From NCBI GenBank assembly GCA_963730565.1, contig CAVSSU010000007.1, forward strand, positions 4,170 through 68,169: a DNA stretch of 64,000 nucleotides. Direction: 5' to 3'. Of this stretch, positions 1-9,400 are shown piece by piece; the stretch's first letter is position 1, and every line of letters begins with the position of its first letter. Source of the stretch: an uncultured Gammaproteobacteria bacterium (lineage in GTDB: Bacteria > Pseudomonadota > Gammaproteobacteria > Steroidobacterales > Steroidobacteraceae). The notes under the pieces are model-generated. The model had not been told where the DNA came from. It searched no databases and saw nothing but the letters and a program-made list of their open reading frames with translations. Position numbers and translations under genes: made by a program.

Positions 1-4
1 TTGT

Positions 5-2896
5 GTGCAGCTCGCCTTCCACTACGGTTGGGGCGCGGGCGTTTTCACGCAGCCCTACATGGTCGTCGGTGCGAGCAGCGATGACCCGCTGATCAATGAC
101 GTGCTGTATGCCGGCGGCTTCGACCCGGTGTGCGTGGTGTTCAACGGGCCGAACCCACCGACTCCGTTCCCACCGTATGACAACATCGTTTCCTACGAGA
201 ATGGGTGGGTGTACGAGCAGTACTACAGCGAAGTGAACAGCTGCGCCACCATCACCGGTCCGACCAACGCAGGATACGTGCCGTATTCGCAGGAAGTCAT
301 GTACGAGGAGCGCGGTTTCGGCTTCTACACCTTCAGCGAATCATCCACCACCGGCAATGTGGTCGCACCGATGACCTCGGCCGGCGGCACACCCACTCCG
401 GCCACGGTGGCCACGGCGCTCGCGGCGTTCACGCCTTCACTCGCCCCCGAGACCAATCAGGCCGGCAGCGCCGACATCAAGGCGTCCGCGACGCAGTCGC
501 CGATCGCGGGGCTCCTGCAGGGAGCCGGGACGATTTTCAGCCACAATCCGCCGACCACGAATGGCTGCGAGGCGCAGCGCTATGTGGTGCTCGTCACCGA
601 CGGCCTTCCCACCATGGACCTGGCCGGCAACTCCTGGCCGCCGCTCGGCAGCTCCGCCGCCGCAGGCTACGGCGTGACCGCCACCTTCGACCTGCCTCCC
701 GCGCCCGCTCCGGCGCCGAACGGTACCGGTGCTCTTCTGTCGACTAACGATCAGGCGATGACGGACACGATCAAGGCCATCCAGGCGCTTAACAGCGGCC
801 CGAATCCGATCAAAACCTACATCATAGGTTTGGGCGCCGGCGTCAACCAGGCCGTCAACCCCGCCGCGTGGCAGACGCTCACCGCCATGGCCTATGCCGG
901 GGGTACCGTCAACTTCTTCCCGGCGAACAGCCCCGGAGAGGTGACCGACGACCTGCAGATCATCATCACCAAGATTCTGGCGGCCACGCAGGCCACCTCG
1001 TCGGCTGCCGTCAATTCCACCGGCCTCAATACAAGCTCCGTGGTGTACCAATCCCAGTTCACGACCTCCGATCTGTACCAGGACTGGACGGGCAACCTGT
1101 TCGCGTATCCGATCAACCCCAACACCGGCGTGACCGGCAGCGCCCTGTGGAGTTCGCAAACTCAGCTCGACGCTCAGCCCTGGGATATCGGCCGGCTCAT
1201 CGCCACCTGGGATCCGGTCGCGGGCAATGCGATCCCGTTCCAGTGGAGCTCTGGCACGCCGGCTTCGGGCATCGCGACATCCACCGTGCTCGGACAGGAT
1301 TTCGAGACCTTCGTGGCGGACACCAGCGGCCAGGACGTGCTGCAATTCTTGCGCGGCTCCAATGCGAAGGAGGTGCGCAACGGCGGGCAGTTTCGAAACC
1401 GCACGCACAAACTCGGCGACATCGTCGACAGCAACCCCGTCTACATCGGAACGCCGACCTCGAGCAATCAATCGGCCTCGTACCTGGCCTTTGCGCAAAC
1501 CAATGCGAATCGGCCGCCGGTTCTGTATGTCGGTGCGAACGACGGCATGCTCCACGCATTCGATGCGGCGACCGGCAACGAGCGGTTCGCGTACATGCCG
1601 AGGGGCAGCTACGCCAATCTGGTTAAGCTCGTGAACCCTTATTACAACGCCGTGCATCAATTCTATGTAAACGGGTCGCCCCAGGCATTCGACGTGCAGT
1701 TCACCGACAACAGCTGGCATACGGAACTCGTCAGCGCGGAGGCGCAGGGCGGCAACAGCGTGTTCGCCATGGACGTGAGCAATCCGGCCAACATCACCTC
1801 GGAAAGCGCCCTCGCCTCGGCGGTGCTCTGGGATTTCACGGATCCCGACATGGGCCTGGGCTTCAGCACCCCCAGCATTGCGAGCACGGCCGACGGATGG
1901 CAAGTTTTCTTCGGTAATGGTTACAACAGCACGAACGGCAAACCTTTCCTGTATGCGCTCGATCCGCAGCACGGGACCGTCACCGCGAAAATAGACCTGT
2001 GCGCCGCGGTTCCCACTGCGTGCAACCTGGCCGTGGCCAACGGCCTGTCCACCGCCATCGTGGTGAACAGCGGTGGGGTGCTCGCGGGCTTTGCGAATTT
2101 GGTGTACGCGGGAGATCTGCAGGGCAATCTGTGGCGCGTCGACATCTCCAACCCCAATCCGAGCCAATGGGCGGTGAGCGTGCTGTTCCAGGCCCGCGAT
2201 TCGAGCGGCCGCGTGCAGCCCATTGAAACCTCGCCGGTGGCAACGCTCAACCCCCGTTATCCGCAGGTGCTCGGTACCATGGTATTTTTTGCAACTGGGC
2301 AATTCCTGGGAACGCCCGACTTGAGCAACACCCACACCCAAACCATCTACGGCGTCTACGACCCGCCCTCGGGTTATGCCTCTCCCATGCTGCGGGGGAA
2401 TCTGCAGCAGCAAATTCTGTCCACGACGTTGCTTTCAGGGAATACCGTGGCGGTGGTCACCTCGAACGCGGTATCGATCCCGGCGATCAAGGGCTGGTAC
2501 ATCGACCTGACTCTGCTCAGCGGAGAGCGTGCTGTTACCGACCCCCGGCTCGAGAGCGGCGGAGCGTTGGTGCTCACGACCTACGCGCCGAACAGCAATG
2601 TCTGCGCGGGCGGCGGCTCGGCGTACCTGTACGTCTTGAACTATGCGACCGGAGGGGCGTTCCCGAGCCCGCAGTTCGACGCCAACCATGACGGGTCGGT
2701 GAACAGCGGGGACAGCACTCCCCTGGGCAATCCGGTCGGCGAGTTCTTGGGCAACATCTTCGCGACGGGGGCTACCATCAGATCGAATCCCGCGGGCGCG
2801 ATGAAATTGATCACGGAATCGAATGGCACGATACTATCCGTGCAAGAGGTCGGAAACAGCAAGAGCCGCACCGCATGGTGGGAGATTCGCAAATGA
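5..2896 (+). CDS. pilY1: PilY1-family type IV pilus tip adhesin/biogenesis factor with vWA-type head (5' end cut by window edge)
   Basis: 963-codon ORF with no in-frame stop back to base 2. vWA-like stretch (QRYVVLVTDGLPT ... KTYIIGLGAG) is followed by PilY1 C-terminal propeller signatures NRTHKLGDIVDSNPVYIG, YVGANDGMLHAFDAATGNERFAYMP and YAGDLQGNLWRVD. Confidence 0.85.
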   Translation: MQLAFHYGWGAGVFTQPYMVVGASSDDPLINDVLYAGGFDPVCVVFNGPNPPTPFPPYDNIVSYENGWVYEQYYSEVNSCATITGPTNAGYVPYSQEVMYEERGFGFYTFSESSTTGNVVAPMTSAGGTPTPATVATALAAFTPSLAPETNQAGSADIKASATQSPIAGLLQGAGTIFSHNPPTTNGCEAQRYVVLVTDGLPTMDLAGNSWPPLGSSAAAGYGVTATFDLPPAPAPAPNGTGALLSTNDQAMTDTIKAIQALNSGPNPIKTYIIGLGAGVNQAVNPAAWQTLTAMAYAGGTVNFFPANSPGEVTDDLQIIITKILAATQATSSAAVNSTGLNTSSVVYQSQFTTSDLYQDWTGNLFAYPINPNTGVTGSALWSSQTQLDAQPWDIGRLIATWDPVAGNAIPFQWSSGTPASGIATSTVLGQDFETFVADTSGQDVLQFLRGSNAKEVRNGGQFRNRTHKLGDIVDSNPVYIGTPTSSNQSASYLAFAQTNANRPPVLYVGANDGMLHAFDAATGNERFAYMPRGSYANLVKLVNPYYNAVHQFYVNGSPQAFDVQFTDNSWHTELVSAEAQGGNSVFAMDVSNPANITSESALASAVLWDFTDPDMGLGFSTPSIASTADGWQVFFGNGYNSTNGKPFLYALDPQHGTVTAKIDLCAAVPTACNLAVANGLSTAIVVNSGGVLAGFANLVYAGDLQGNLWRVDISNPNPSQWAVSVLFQARDSSGRVQPIETSPVATLNPRYPQVLGTMVFFATGQFLGTPDLSNTHTQTIYGVYDPPSGYASPMLRGNLQQQILSTTLLSGNTVAVVTSNAVSIPAIKGWYIDLTLLSGERAVTDPRLESGGALVLTTYAPNSNVCAGGGSAYLYVLNYATGGAFPSPQFDANHDGSVNSGDSTPLGNPVGEFLGNIFATGATIRSNPAGAMKLITESNGTILSVQEVGNSKSRTAWWEIRK

Positions 2897-3201
2897 AATC
2901 CTTGAGACCGAGCTTATTGAGTTGTTTGTTGATCGCACCGGCGCTGATCACCGGAATGTCACCCGATCGAGCCTTCGGTGCGCACGCGCTCGCGCAGCCG
3001 ATCATGGGCCAAATCACCGCCTCGCCGACGAGCACCGAGATCGAGGTGAACCACCACCCCTATCACATCAAGGCGCACAGCCCGGCGGAAAAAACCGCAC
3101 CCACCCTGAGCGTCGGGCAGAAGGTGTCCTTGATACTCGATGGACCGTCGGGCGACGCGAAATCGAACGTCGTCGGCATATCCAACGCGCCCAGCACATG
3201 A
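2893..3201 (+). CDS. small secreted hypothetical protein occupying the PilY2 position between pilY1 and pilE
   Basis: The ATG overlaps the pilY1 stop (ATGA at 2893-2896) and GGAG lies 9 nt upstream. The N-terminus is signal-like (MKSLRPSLLSCLLIAPALITG). Its stop overlaps a pilE candidate ATG. No recognisable domain. Confidence 0.45.
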   Translation: MKSLRPSLLSCLLIAPALITGMSPDRAFGAHALAQPIMGQITASPTSTEIEVNHHPYHIKAHSPAEKTAPTLSVGQKVSLILDGPSGDAKSNVVGISNAPST

Positions 3202-3221
3202 AGCGCGCCCAGCACATGAAG
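3186..3221. repeat. perfect 18-bp tandem duplication (CGCGCCCAGCACATGAAG x2) spanning the stop/start junction upstream of pilE
   Basis: Read directly: 3186-3203 is identical to 3204-3221. Each copy carries an ATGA. Confidence 0.95.
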
Positions 3222-3650
3222 GCCGCGATGAGCAACAACGAAGGGTTTTCGCTGATCGAACTGATGATCACCGTAGCGATCGTCGCGATTCTGGCGGCCA
3301 TCGCCATTCCCTCTTATTCCGCGTTCACTCAGCGCTCCAACCGGACCGACGCGACCCGTACGCTCACCTTCGATGCGCAAGCCCTGGAACGCTGCTACTC
3401 GCAGACCTTCAGCTATAGCCCCTGTGCAGGGGTCACGATCGGGACATCCGCCTCGCCGCAGGGATACTACAGCGTGGTGGTGGCGGTTCAGGCTAATCCG
3501 GCGGCGTTCACGATTACGGCGACCGCCGTGAATGCCCCGCAGACCTCGGACTCCGCCTGCCAGACGTTCACCGTCAACAGCTCGGGTACTCAAGGCGCAC
3601 TGAACAGCGCCAATGCGCCCAATACGCAGACGTGTTGGGGATCGACCTGA
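3198..3650 (+). CDS. pilE: type IVa pilin, PilE-like
   Basis: Prepilin cleavage/methylation motif G|[24 protein letters not shown] and a C-terminal Cys pair (SACQTF...TQTCW). The start is ambiguous: ATG 3198 (ATGA overlap with the upstream stop), 3216 or 3228, all in frame. Confidence 0.85.
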   Translation: MKRAQHMKAAMSNNEGFSLIELMITVAIVAILAAIAIPSYSAFTQRSNRTDATRTLTFDAQALERCYSQTFSYSPCAGVTIGTSASPQGYYSVVVAVQANPAAFTITATAVNAPQTSDSACQTFTVNSSGTQGALNSANAPNTQTCWGST

Positions 3651-3679
3651 TTCCGCGGAAAAAGCCCCGATTTCACGCC

Positions 3680-3703
3680 GCCGGGCATGACATATGGCCC
3701 GGC
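3680..3703 (+). terminator. 7-bp stem hairpin (GCCGGGC-N10-GCCCGGC) 30 nt downstream of pilE; possible weak terminator separating the two pilus modules
   Basis: The inverted repeat is read directly. There is no following T-run, so the function is uncertain. Confidence 0.3.
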
Positions 3704-3860
3704 AATGCGCGGTCTGCCTAACATTTATTACGGTGCGTCAAGCGCCGGCGTCGACATCCAACATTTCTGAAGCCGACATTTATGTGATTTTCGTCGCAAT
3801 TCGGCCAATAAAAGCTGCCGCCGTCAGGTTCAAGCAAGTTTCCTTCTTTAGGATGGTGCC

Positions 3861-4421
3861 ATGGATCACAGTCTGTCCAAGGCGAGCGCAGGCTTCACGA
3901 TGACCGAATTGGTCATCACCATGTCGATCGTGGCGATCCTGATGGCCATCGGCGTCCCCTCGTTCAAATACGTCACGACCTCGAATCGGCTCTCGACCGA
4001 GGTGAACGGGCTGCTGGGCGACCTGCAGTACGCCCGCAGCGAAGCCATCAAGAACGGTCTGCCGGTGACGGTGTGCTCCTCATCGACCGGAGCAGGTTGC
4101 GACGGGGCCAATAACGGCAATGACTGGCAGGGCGGCTGGATCGTGTTCCTGAATCCGACCTCAGCTCAAAATCCCCCAAACGCCGGGTCCGTCATCCGCG
4201 TGCAGGCGGCGTTCTCCTCCACGGACACGTTTGAGCCCTTCAATGCCAACTTCGGTGCCATCACGTTCAATCGGGAAGGTTATGCGACCACCCAGAATGC
4301 CCAGACGGTCACGCTGCTGCTCCACGATTCCACGTCCAACCCGGCCTGGACGCGCTGCCTCGCCATCACCACGGTCGGCATGCTGACCACACAACGGGCC
4401 GGCGCGGGGAATTGCACATGA
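3861..4421 (+). CDS. fimT: minor pilin FimT/FimU (GspH-like)
   Basis: Prepilin motif SAG|FTMTELVITMSIVAILMAIGVPSF followed by GspH-type LLGDLQYARSEAIKNG...VTVC. It is the first gene of a fimT-pilVWXY1E order. Confidence 0.8.
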   Translation: MDHSLSKASAGFTMTELVITMSIVAILMAIGVPSFKYVTTSNRLSTEVNGLLGDLQYARSEAIKNGLPVTVCSSSTGAGCDGANNGNDWQGGWIVFLNPTSAQNPPNAGSVIRVQAAFSSTDTFEPFNANFGAITFNREGYATTQNAQTVTLLLHDSTSNPAWTRCLAITTVGMLTTQRAGAGNCT

Positions 4422-4981
4422 ACGGGCGCCCCCTGCAAGCCTGCCGCGGATTCAGCCTCGTCGAGGTGATGGTGGCATTGGTGGTTTGCGCCATCGGACT
4501 CCTGGGATTGGCGAAAATGGAATCGCTGGCGGTGGCGAGCACTTCGGTTGCTGCGGGTCGCTCGATCGCTGCCATCGAGGCATCGAGCCTTGCCGCTGCG
4601 ATGCACGCCAACAAGGCGTACTGGGCGTCGGGCACCGCACCGGGCTTGACCACCGTGACCGTGACCAACAATCCCACCTCCGTGGTCATCTCGAGCCCCG
4701 TGCTGAGTTCGACGCCGCCGAATAGTTGTTCCGTTCCCGGGACGAACAGCTGCACGCCGGACCAGATGGCTGCTTTCGACGTGCAAAGCTGGGCATCCTC
4801 GTTGTCGTTGCAGAACCTGTTGCCGGCCTCCTTCTCCACCATCATCTGCACCACGACCGCATTCCCGGTGACCTGCACCATCCAGATCCAATGGACCGAG
4901 AACGCGGTGGCGGCGAATACGCAGCAAAACAGTCTCAACACGCTACAGGCTCCGACTTACGTTCTTTACGTGCAGCCATGA
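4418..4981 (+). CDS. pilV: type IV pilus minor pilin PilV
   Basis: Motif RG|FSLVEVMVALVVCAIGLLGLAKME (PilV-type N-terminus). The ATG overlaps the fimT stop (ATGA). Confidence 0.8.
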   Translation: MNGRPLQACRGFSLVEVMVALVVCAIGLLGLAKMESLAVASTSVAAGRSIAAIEASSLAAAMHANKAYWASGTAPGLTTVTVTNNPTSVVISSPVLSSTPPNSCSVPGTNSCTPDQMAAFDVQSWASSLSLQNLLPASFSTIICTTTAFPVTCTIQIQWTENAVAANTQQNSLNTLQAPTYVLYVQP

Positions 4982-5823
4982 GCTCACCACTTATCTCCCC
5001 GCGGGCGCACGCTGCGCATAACACCGACCAGCGCGGCTTCACCTTGGTCGAACTCATGATCTCGATCCTGATCGCGCTCTTTCTCACGGGAGGCCTGTTG
5101 ACCCTGGTTCAGGCCATGAAGCGCACCACCGGTGTACAGAGCGGCATGTCGCAGCTGCAGGAGAGCGAACGCATGGCGATGACGCTCATCGCGGATGTGA
5201 TCCAAAGCGCCGGCTACTTCCCCCAACCGACCGTCAATACCGCAGCCTCCGAGTTTCCCATTGCCGGCGCATTCACCTTCTCCGGTCAATCGGTGGTCGA
5301 CTCCGGCGCAATCCTGAATCCAACGCAACCACCCGGCAACAGCATCACGGTGCGCTACGCGACCGGCGGTACCAATCCACCGCCGCCACCCCCCATCGTG
5401 GGCCCGGACAACACCATTGACTGCACCGGGAACGCCAGTGCCGTCCCGACCCTGCTGACCAATACTTTTCTCGTCCTTCCGGATCCGACCATCCCGAACA
5501 CGTTCGATCTGGCCTGCGAGCTTCAGAGCAGCGCCGTGGGCCCAAATCCGGTCACCGTGTACCTGGTGAGCGGCGTCACCCAGTTGCAGGTGTTTTATGG
5601 GGTCCAAACCAACCCTACAGTCAACAACGGCTCGGCAGACACCTACCTGGATGCGGCGACCGTCAACGCTTTCAATTACTGGAACAAGATCGTGTCGGTG
5701 AAAGTGACTCTGACCTTCGTCAATCCGTTGTACGGGAATCTCGCCGGCCAGAGCATGACCGAACAGCCGACCGTCCAGTTCACACGCGTCATCGACGTCA
5801 TGAACAAGACCGGGGTGACCTGA
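4978..5823 (+). CDS. pilW: type IV pilus minor pilin PilW
   Basis: Motif QRG|FTLVELMISILIALFLTGGLLTLV. The ATGA overlaps the pilV stop. Position in the operon fits. Confidence 0.8.
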   Translation: MSSPLISPRAHAAHNTDQRGFTLVELMISILIALFLTGGLLTLVQAMKRTTGVQSGMSQLQESERMAMTLIADVIQSAGYFPQPTVNTAASEFPIAGAFTFSGQSVVDSGAILNPTQPPGNSITVRYATGGTNPPPPPPIVGPDNTIDCTGNASAVPTLLTNTFLVLPDPTIPNTFDLACELQSSAVGPNPVTVYLVSGVTQLQVFYGVQTNPTVNNGSADTYLDAATVNAFNYWNKIVSVKVTLTFVNPLYGNLAGQSMTEQPTVQFTRVIDVMNKTGVT

Positions 5824-6407
5824 TGCGCCGGGGATGCCATCGAAACGCGCGCCACGGCGGAACCGAGCGCGGCATGGTGCTGGTCACCGCGCTTCTGCTG
5901 CTGATCGTCGTCACCATATTGGCCGTGGGCCTGTTCCGCAGCTTCGGCTTGGACGAAAAGATCGCCGGCAACGTGCGCGAGAAGCATCGGGCGGTGAACG
6001 CCGCCGAGACCGCGGAAGAATACGCGGAATGGTGGCTGGCCAACGGCAACGCCGGCACCGGCAGCGGCGTCGTATGCGCGCCACCGTTGGTTTCCGCCGC
6101 CACCGGCGAGGTGTGCTCGAACGTATTGACCAACGCGGCAACTCTGCCCATGCCTTGGAGCATCGGCGTGGCCTACGCCGCGCCGGCGTCGATGGCGATC
6201 ACGCCGACTCAAGGCGGTCCGACCGGCCAGAACTCGTTCTATTACGCGCCGACTTTTTATATTTCCTATCTGGGACCTTCGCCGAACGGCCTCGGTACCT
6301 TGTATCAAATCGACGCCGCGGGATATGCAGGAAGCCCCGACACCACGGCCGTCGTCGAGAGTACCTATCTCGTGCAGCAGAGCGTCAGGGATTTGGGAGG
6401 CTTGTGA
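5823..6407 (+). CDS. pilX: type IV pilus minor pilin PilX
   Basis: A basic leader is followed by the hydrophobic helix GMVLVTALLLLIVVTILAVGLF. TGATG overlaps with pilW upstream and pilY1 downstream. Position in the operon fits. Confidence 0.7.
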   Translation: MRRGCHRNARHGGTERGMVLVTALLLLIVVTILAVGLFRSFGLDEKIAGNVREKHRAVNAAETAEEYAEWWLANGNAGTGSGVVCAPPLVSAATGEVCSNVLTNAATLPMPWSIGVAYAAPASMAITPTQGGPTGQNSFYYAPTFYISYLGPSPNGLGTLYQIDAAGYAGSPDTTAVVESTYLVQQSVRDLGGL

Positions 6408-9400
6408 TGAACATGAAATGGATCGTCCCGATGTGTGTGATGTCGGTCGTGGGCTCGATGCCCATGCTCGCGCGCGCGCAGACGGTGTACACGGAAAACT
6501 TCACCGGCACCACCACGCAGAACTCGTGGTATTTCGCGAACGGCGCGTGCCTGACCGCGGGCACCGCAGGTACCACGAGCGCCGCAAGCCCGGCCTGTGT
6601 GGGCTTGCCGTATTACATCAGCAAGGGTGACACGCTGATCGGCGGCGATACCGGATCCCTCCCTGACCTCACGTCGGGCGCGCTGCGCTTCACTAATTGG
6701 TTCGGCGAGAACGGCGCCATACTGTCCAACTTTACCTTCCCACTCACCGGAGCCGGCGCGCAGGGGCTGCAGGTCTCGTTCACCACGGTCACCTACGAAG
6801 GCGATTCGGGCGGCGGCGGCCATGACGGCGCCGACGGCATCAGTTTCTTCCTGCAGGACACCTCCTACGCCCCCGACGTGGGCGCGTTCGGCGGCAGCTT
6901 GGGATACACGTGCTCCAATACCAACTACGATGGCACGCTCCGCCCCTCCGGCATCCCGCGAGGTTACGACGGTTTGTCCGGCGGGTTTGTCGGTCTTGGC
7001 ATCGATGAATACGGCAACTTCTTGAATCAACCCGACAACACCGCGAGCGGCGATCTGAACAAGGCCGGCACGGGCGACTATCAGCCGGGCCGCATCGGCC
7101 TGCGGGGTCCCGGCAATACCAGTTGGACGTCGTTGAGCACGGGCAGCGCAACCTCCGCGTTTTACCCATCGACGTTGACCAACGCGCAGAAAGCCGCGGC
7201 CGTGCAACAGGCCTGCAGCACCGGATATGCCTGGGACTGGACCCAATCCCCGGCCGTTGAGACCTCGGTCCAACTGACCGACTACACCGCGATTCCGAAG
7301 GCGTTTTCGATTCTGCCGACGACTAACCCGATCGCCAACGAGTCGGCCACCGTTCGCTCGCAGGCGGTGCCCATCACCTACAATCTCAAAGTCGTTCCCG
7401 GCGCGGGCGGCACCGCTTTGTTGAGCCTCGCTTACAGCTACAACGGCGGGGCGTTCCAGAACGTGATCACGGGCCAGGACATCACCCAAGGCGGCACGAT
7501 TCCCGTGCCCGCCAATGTGCGCTTCGGCTTCGCGGGCTCCACCGGCGGCAGCCGCAACATTCACGAGATCATGTGCTTCCAGGCGACCCCGACGAGCGTG
7601 TCGCAAAGCTCGGCCGGCCTCAACCAGAAGCAGACGGCAAAAGTTCAGACAGGCACGCAGGTGTATTTCGCCTACTACAATCCTGCAACACTGGCCGGTT
7701 CGCTCACCTCGCAATACCTGGTGGGCGATACGACCAATCCGAATGACCTGTTCATCAGTTCGACGGTCAATTGGGACGGCTCGTGCGTTCTGACCGGCCC
7801 GTCCGGCGGAACCTGCACCTATCCGGGCGCACCGTCGGCGCCGGAGACGAACTTGCAACGGGTGGTATTCACCTGGAACGGCAGCGCCGGCGTTCCGTTC
7901 GAGTATGCGAATTTGAGCACCAACTGGCCGCTCGCATCGCTCAATCAGCAGGCGCTGCTCGATTCCGGCGACGGCGCCGCGTGGCCCTCCCCGCCGCAGC
8001 CGTACTCACGGCTCGACTATCTGCGCGGCGACCGCAGCAACGAACAGACACCGCTGGCCAGTTCGAGCACGACCTATCAGGGCGTGTTCCGCGCGCGCAC
8101 CAGCGTGCTCGGCGACATCATCGACTCGAGCCCTACTTGGGTCGGACCGCCGAACTCGCCCTACCCCAATGCCTGGGCGGACAAGTACCCGCCGGCGGCC
8201 GGCGGTGACAGCTACCCGGAAAATGCGGGGCAGACCTACGCCAGTTTCGCGTCCTCGACCGGCATGGGCACCCGCACCAACGTGGTCTATGCCGGCGCAA
8301 ACGACGGCATGCTGCATGGCTTCAGGTCGGGCTATTTCGATGCCACGAACACGTATCAGCCGGCGAGCAACGATGGCTACGAAGTCATGGCCTACGTGCC
8401 GGGATACATCGTCAACCACATCCAGAACGCAACCTTTGCGCCGAACAATTATTCCGATCCTCAGTACGGTCATCGGTTCGACGTGGACGCGCCGCCCGGC
8501 ACGGGCGATCTTTTCTACGGCGGCAGCTGGCATACCTGGCTGGTCGGCGGCCTCGGGCCCGGCGGCAAGACCATCTATGCACTCGACGTCACCAATCCGG
8601 GACTTGCCGGCGGAGACAATTTCGCGGAAAGCGGCAGCCCCCCGCAAAGCACCCCGGCGAACACCGTGGTCGGCGAATGGAGCTCGCAGAAGTTCACCGT
8701 GACCACGGGCACAGGCACCACGACCACGGCCGTCAATACCTTGACGTGCACGAACACATCGCAACTCAACGCCACGAACTGTTACAACAATCTCGGCGAC
8801 ACGTACGGCGTGCCTCAGATCCGCCGCTTCCATAACGGCATGTGGGGAGCCGTGTTCGGCAACGGACAGGGCAGCGCGAGCGGCGACGCCGGCATCTACG
8901 TGATGCTCGTCGATCCCACCGCAGGTCCGGGCAATATCACATTCCTTTACCTCAGCACCGGCTCGGGTTCGGCCGCCAGTCCCAACGGCATCGACTACAC
9001 CACGCCCGCGGACCTCGACGGTGACCACATCAGCGATTTCGTCTACGCCGGCGACCTGCAAGGGCACGTGTGGCGTTTCGATCTCACCAGCAACAACACC
9101 GCGAACTGGGGCGTCACCAACGCCGCCGGAGTGTCGATCAATGCGCCGTCGCCTGGCGGCGGCACCAGCACACCGATCTTCACTACCCAGGGCGGACAGC
9201 CCATCACCACGAAGCTCGTCGTCGCGTCCGTGGCGGGCGCGCTCAACCCGCGGGTACTGATCGAGTTCGGCACCGGCATGCAGACGCCGATGTCCAACTT
9301 TTCCCCGGCAACCTTCTCCACGACTCCTCAGGCCCTCTATGGCATCTGGGACTGGAACCTCGGCGCGTGGAACGCAAATTCGGCGGTGCAATACACCAGC

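Noticed and set aside
3695-3709. Sigma-54-like promoter TGGCCCGGCAATGCG upstream of fimT.
   Set aside because: The GG-to-GC spacing is one base off the TGGCAC-N5-TTGC consensus and the -12 element is TGC rather than TTGC. It also overlaps the right arm of the hairpin after pilE1. Too weak to call.
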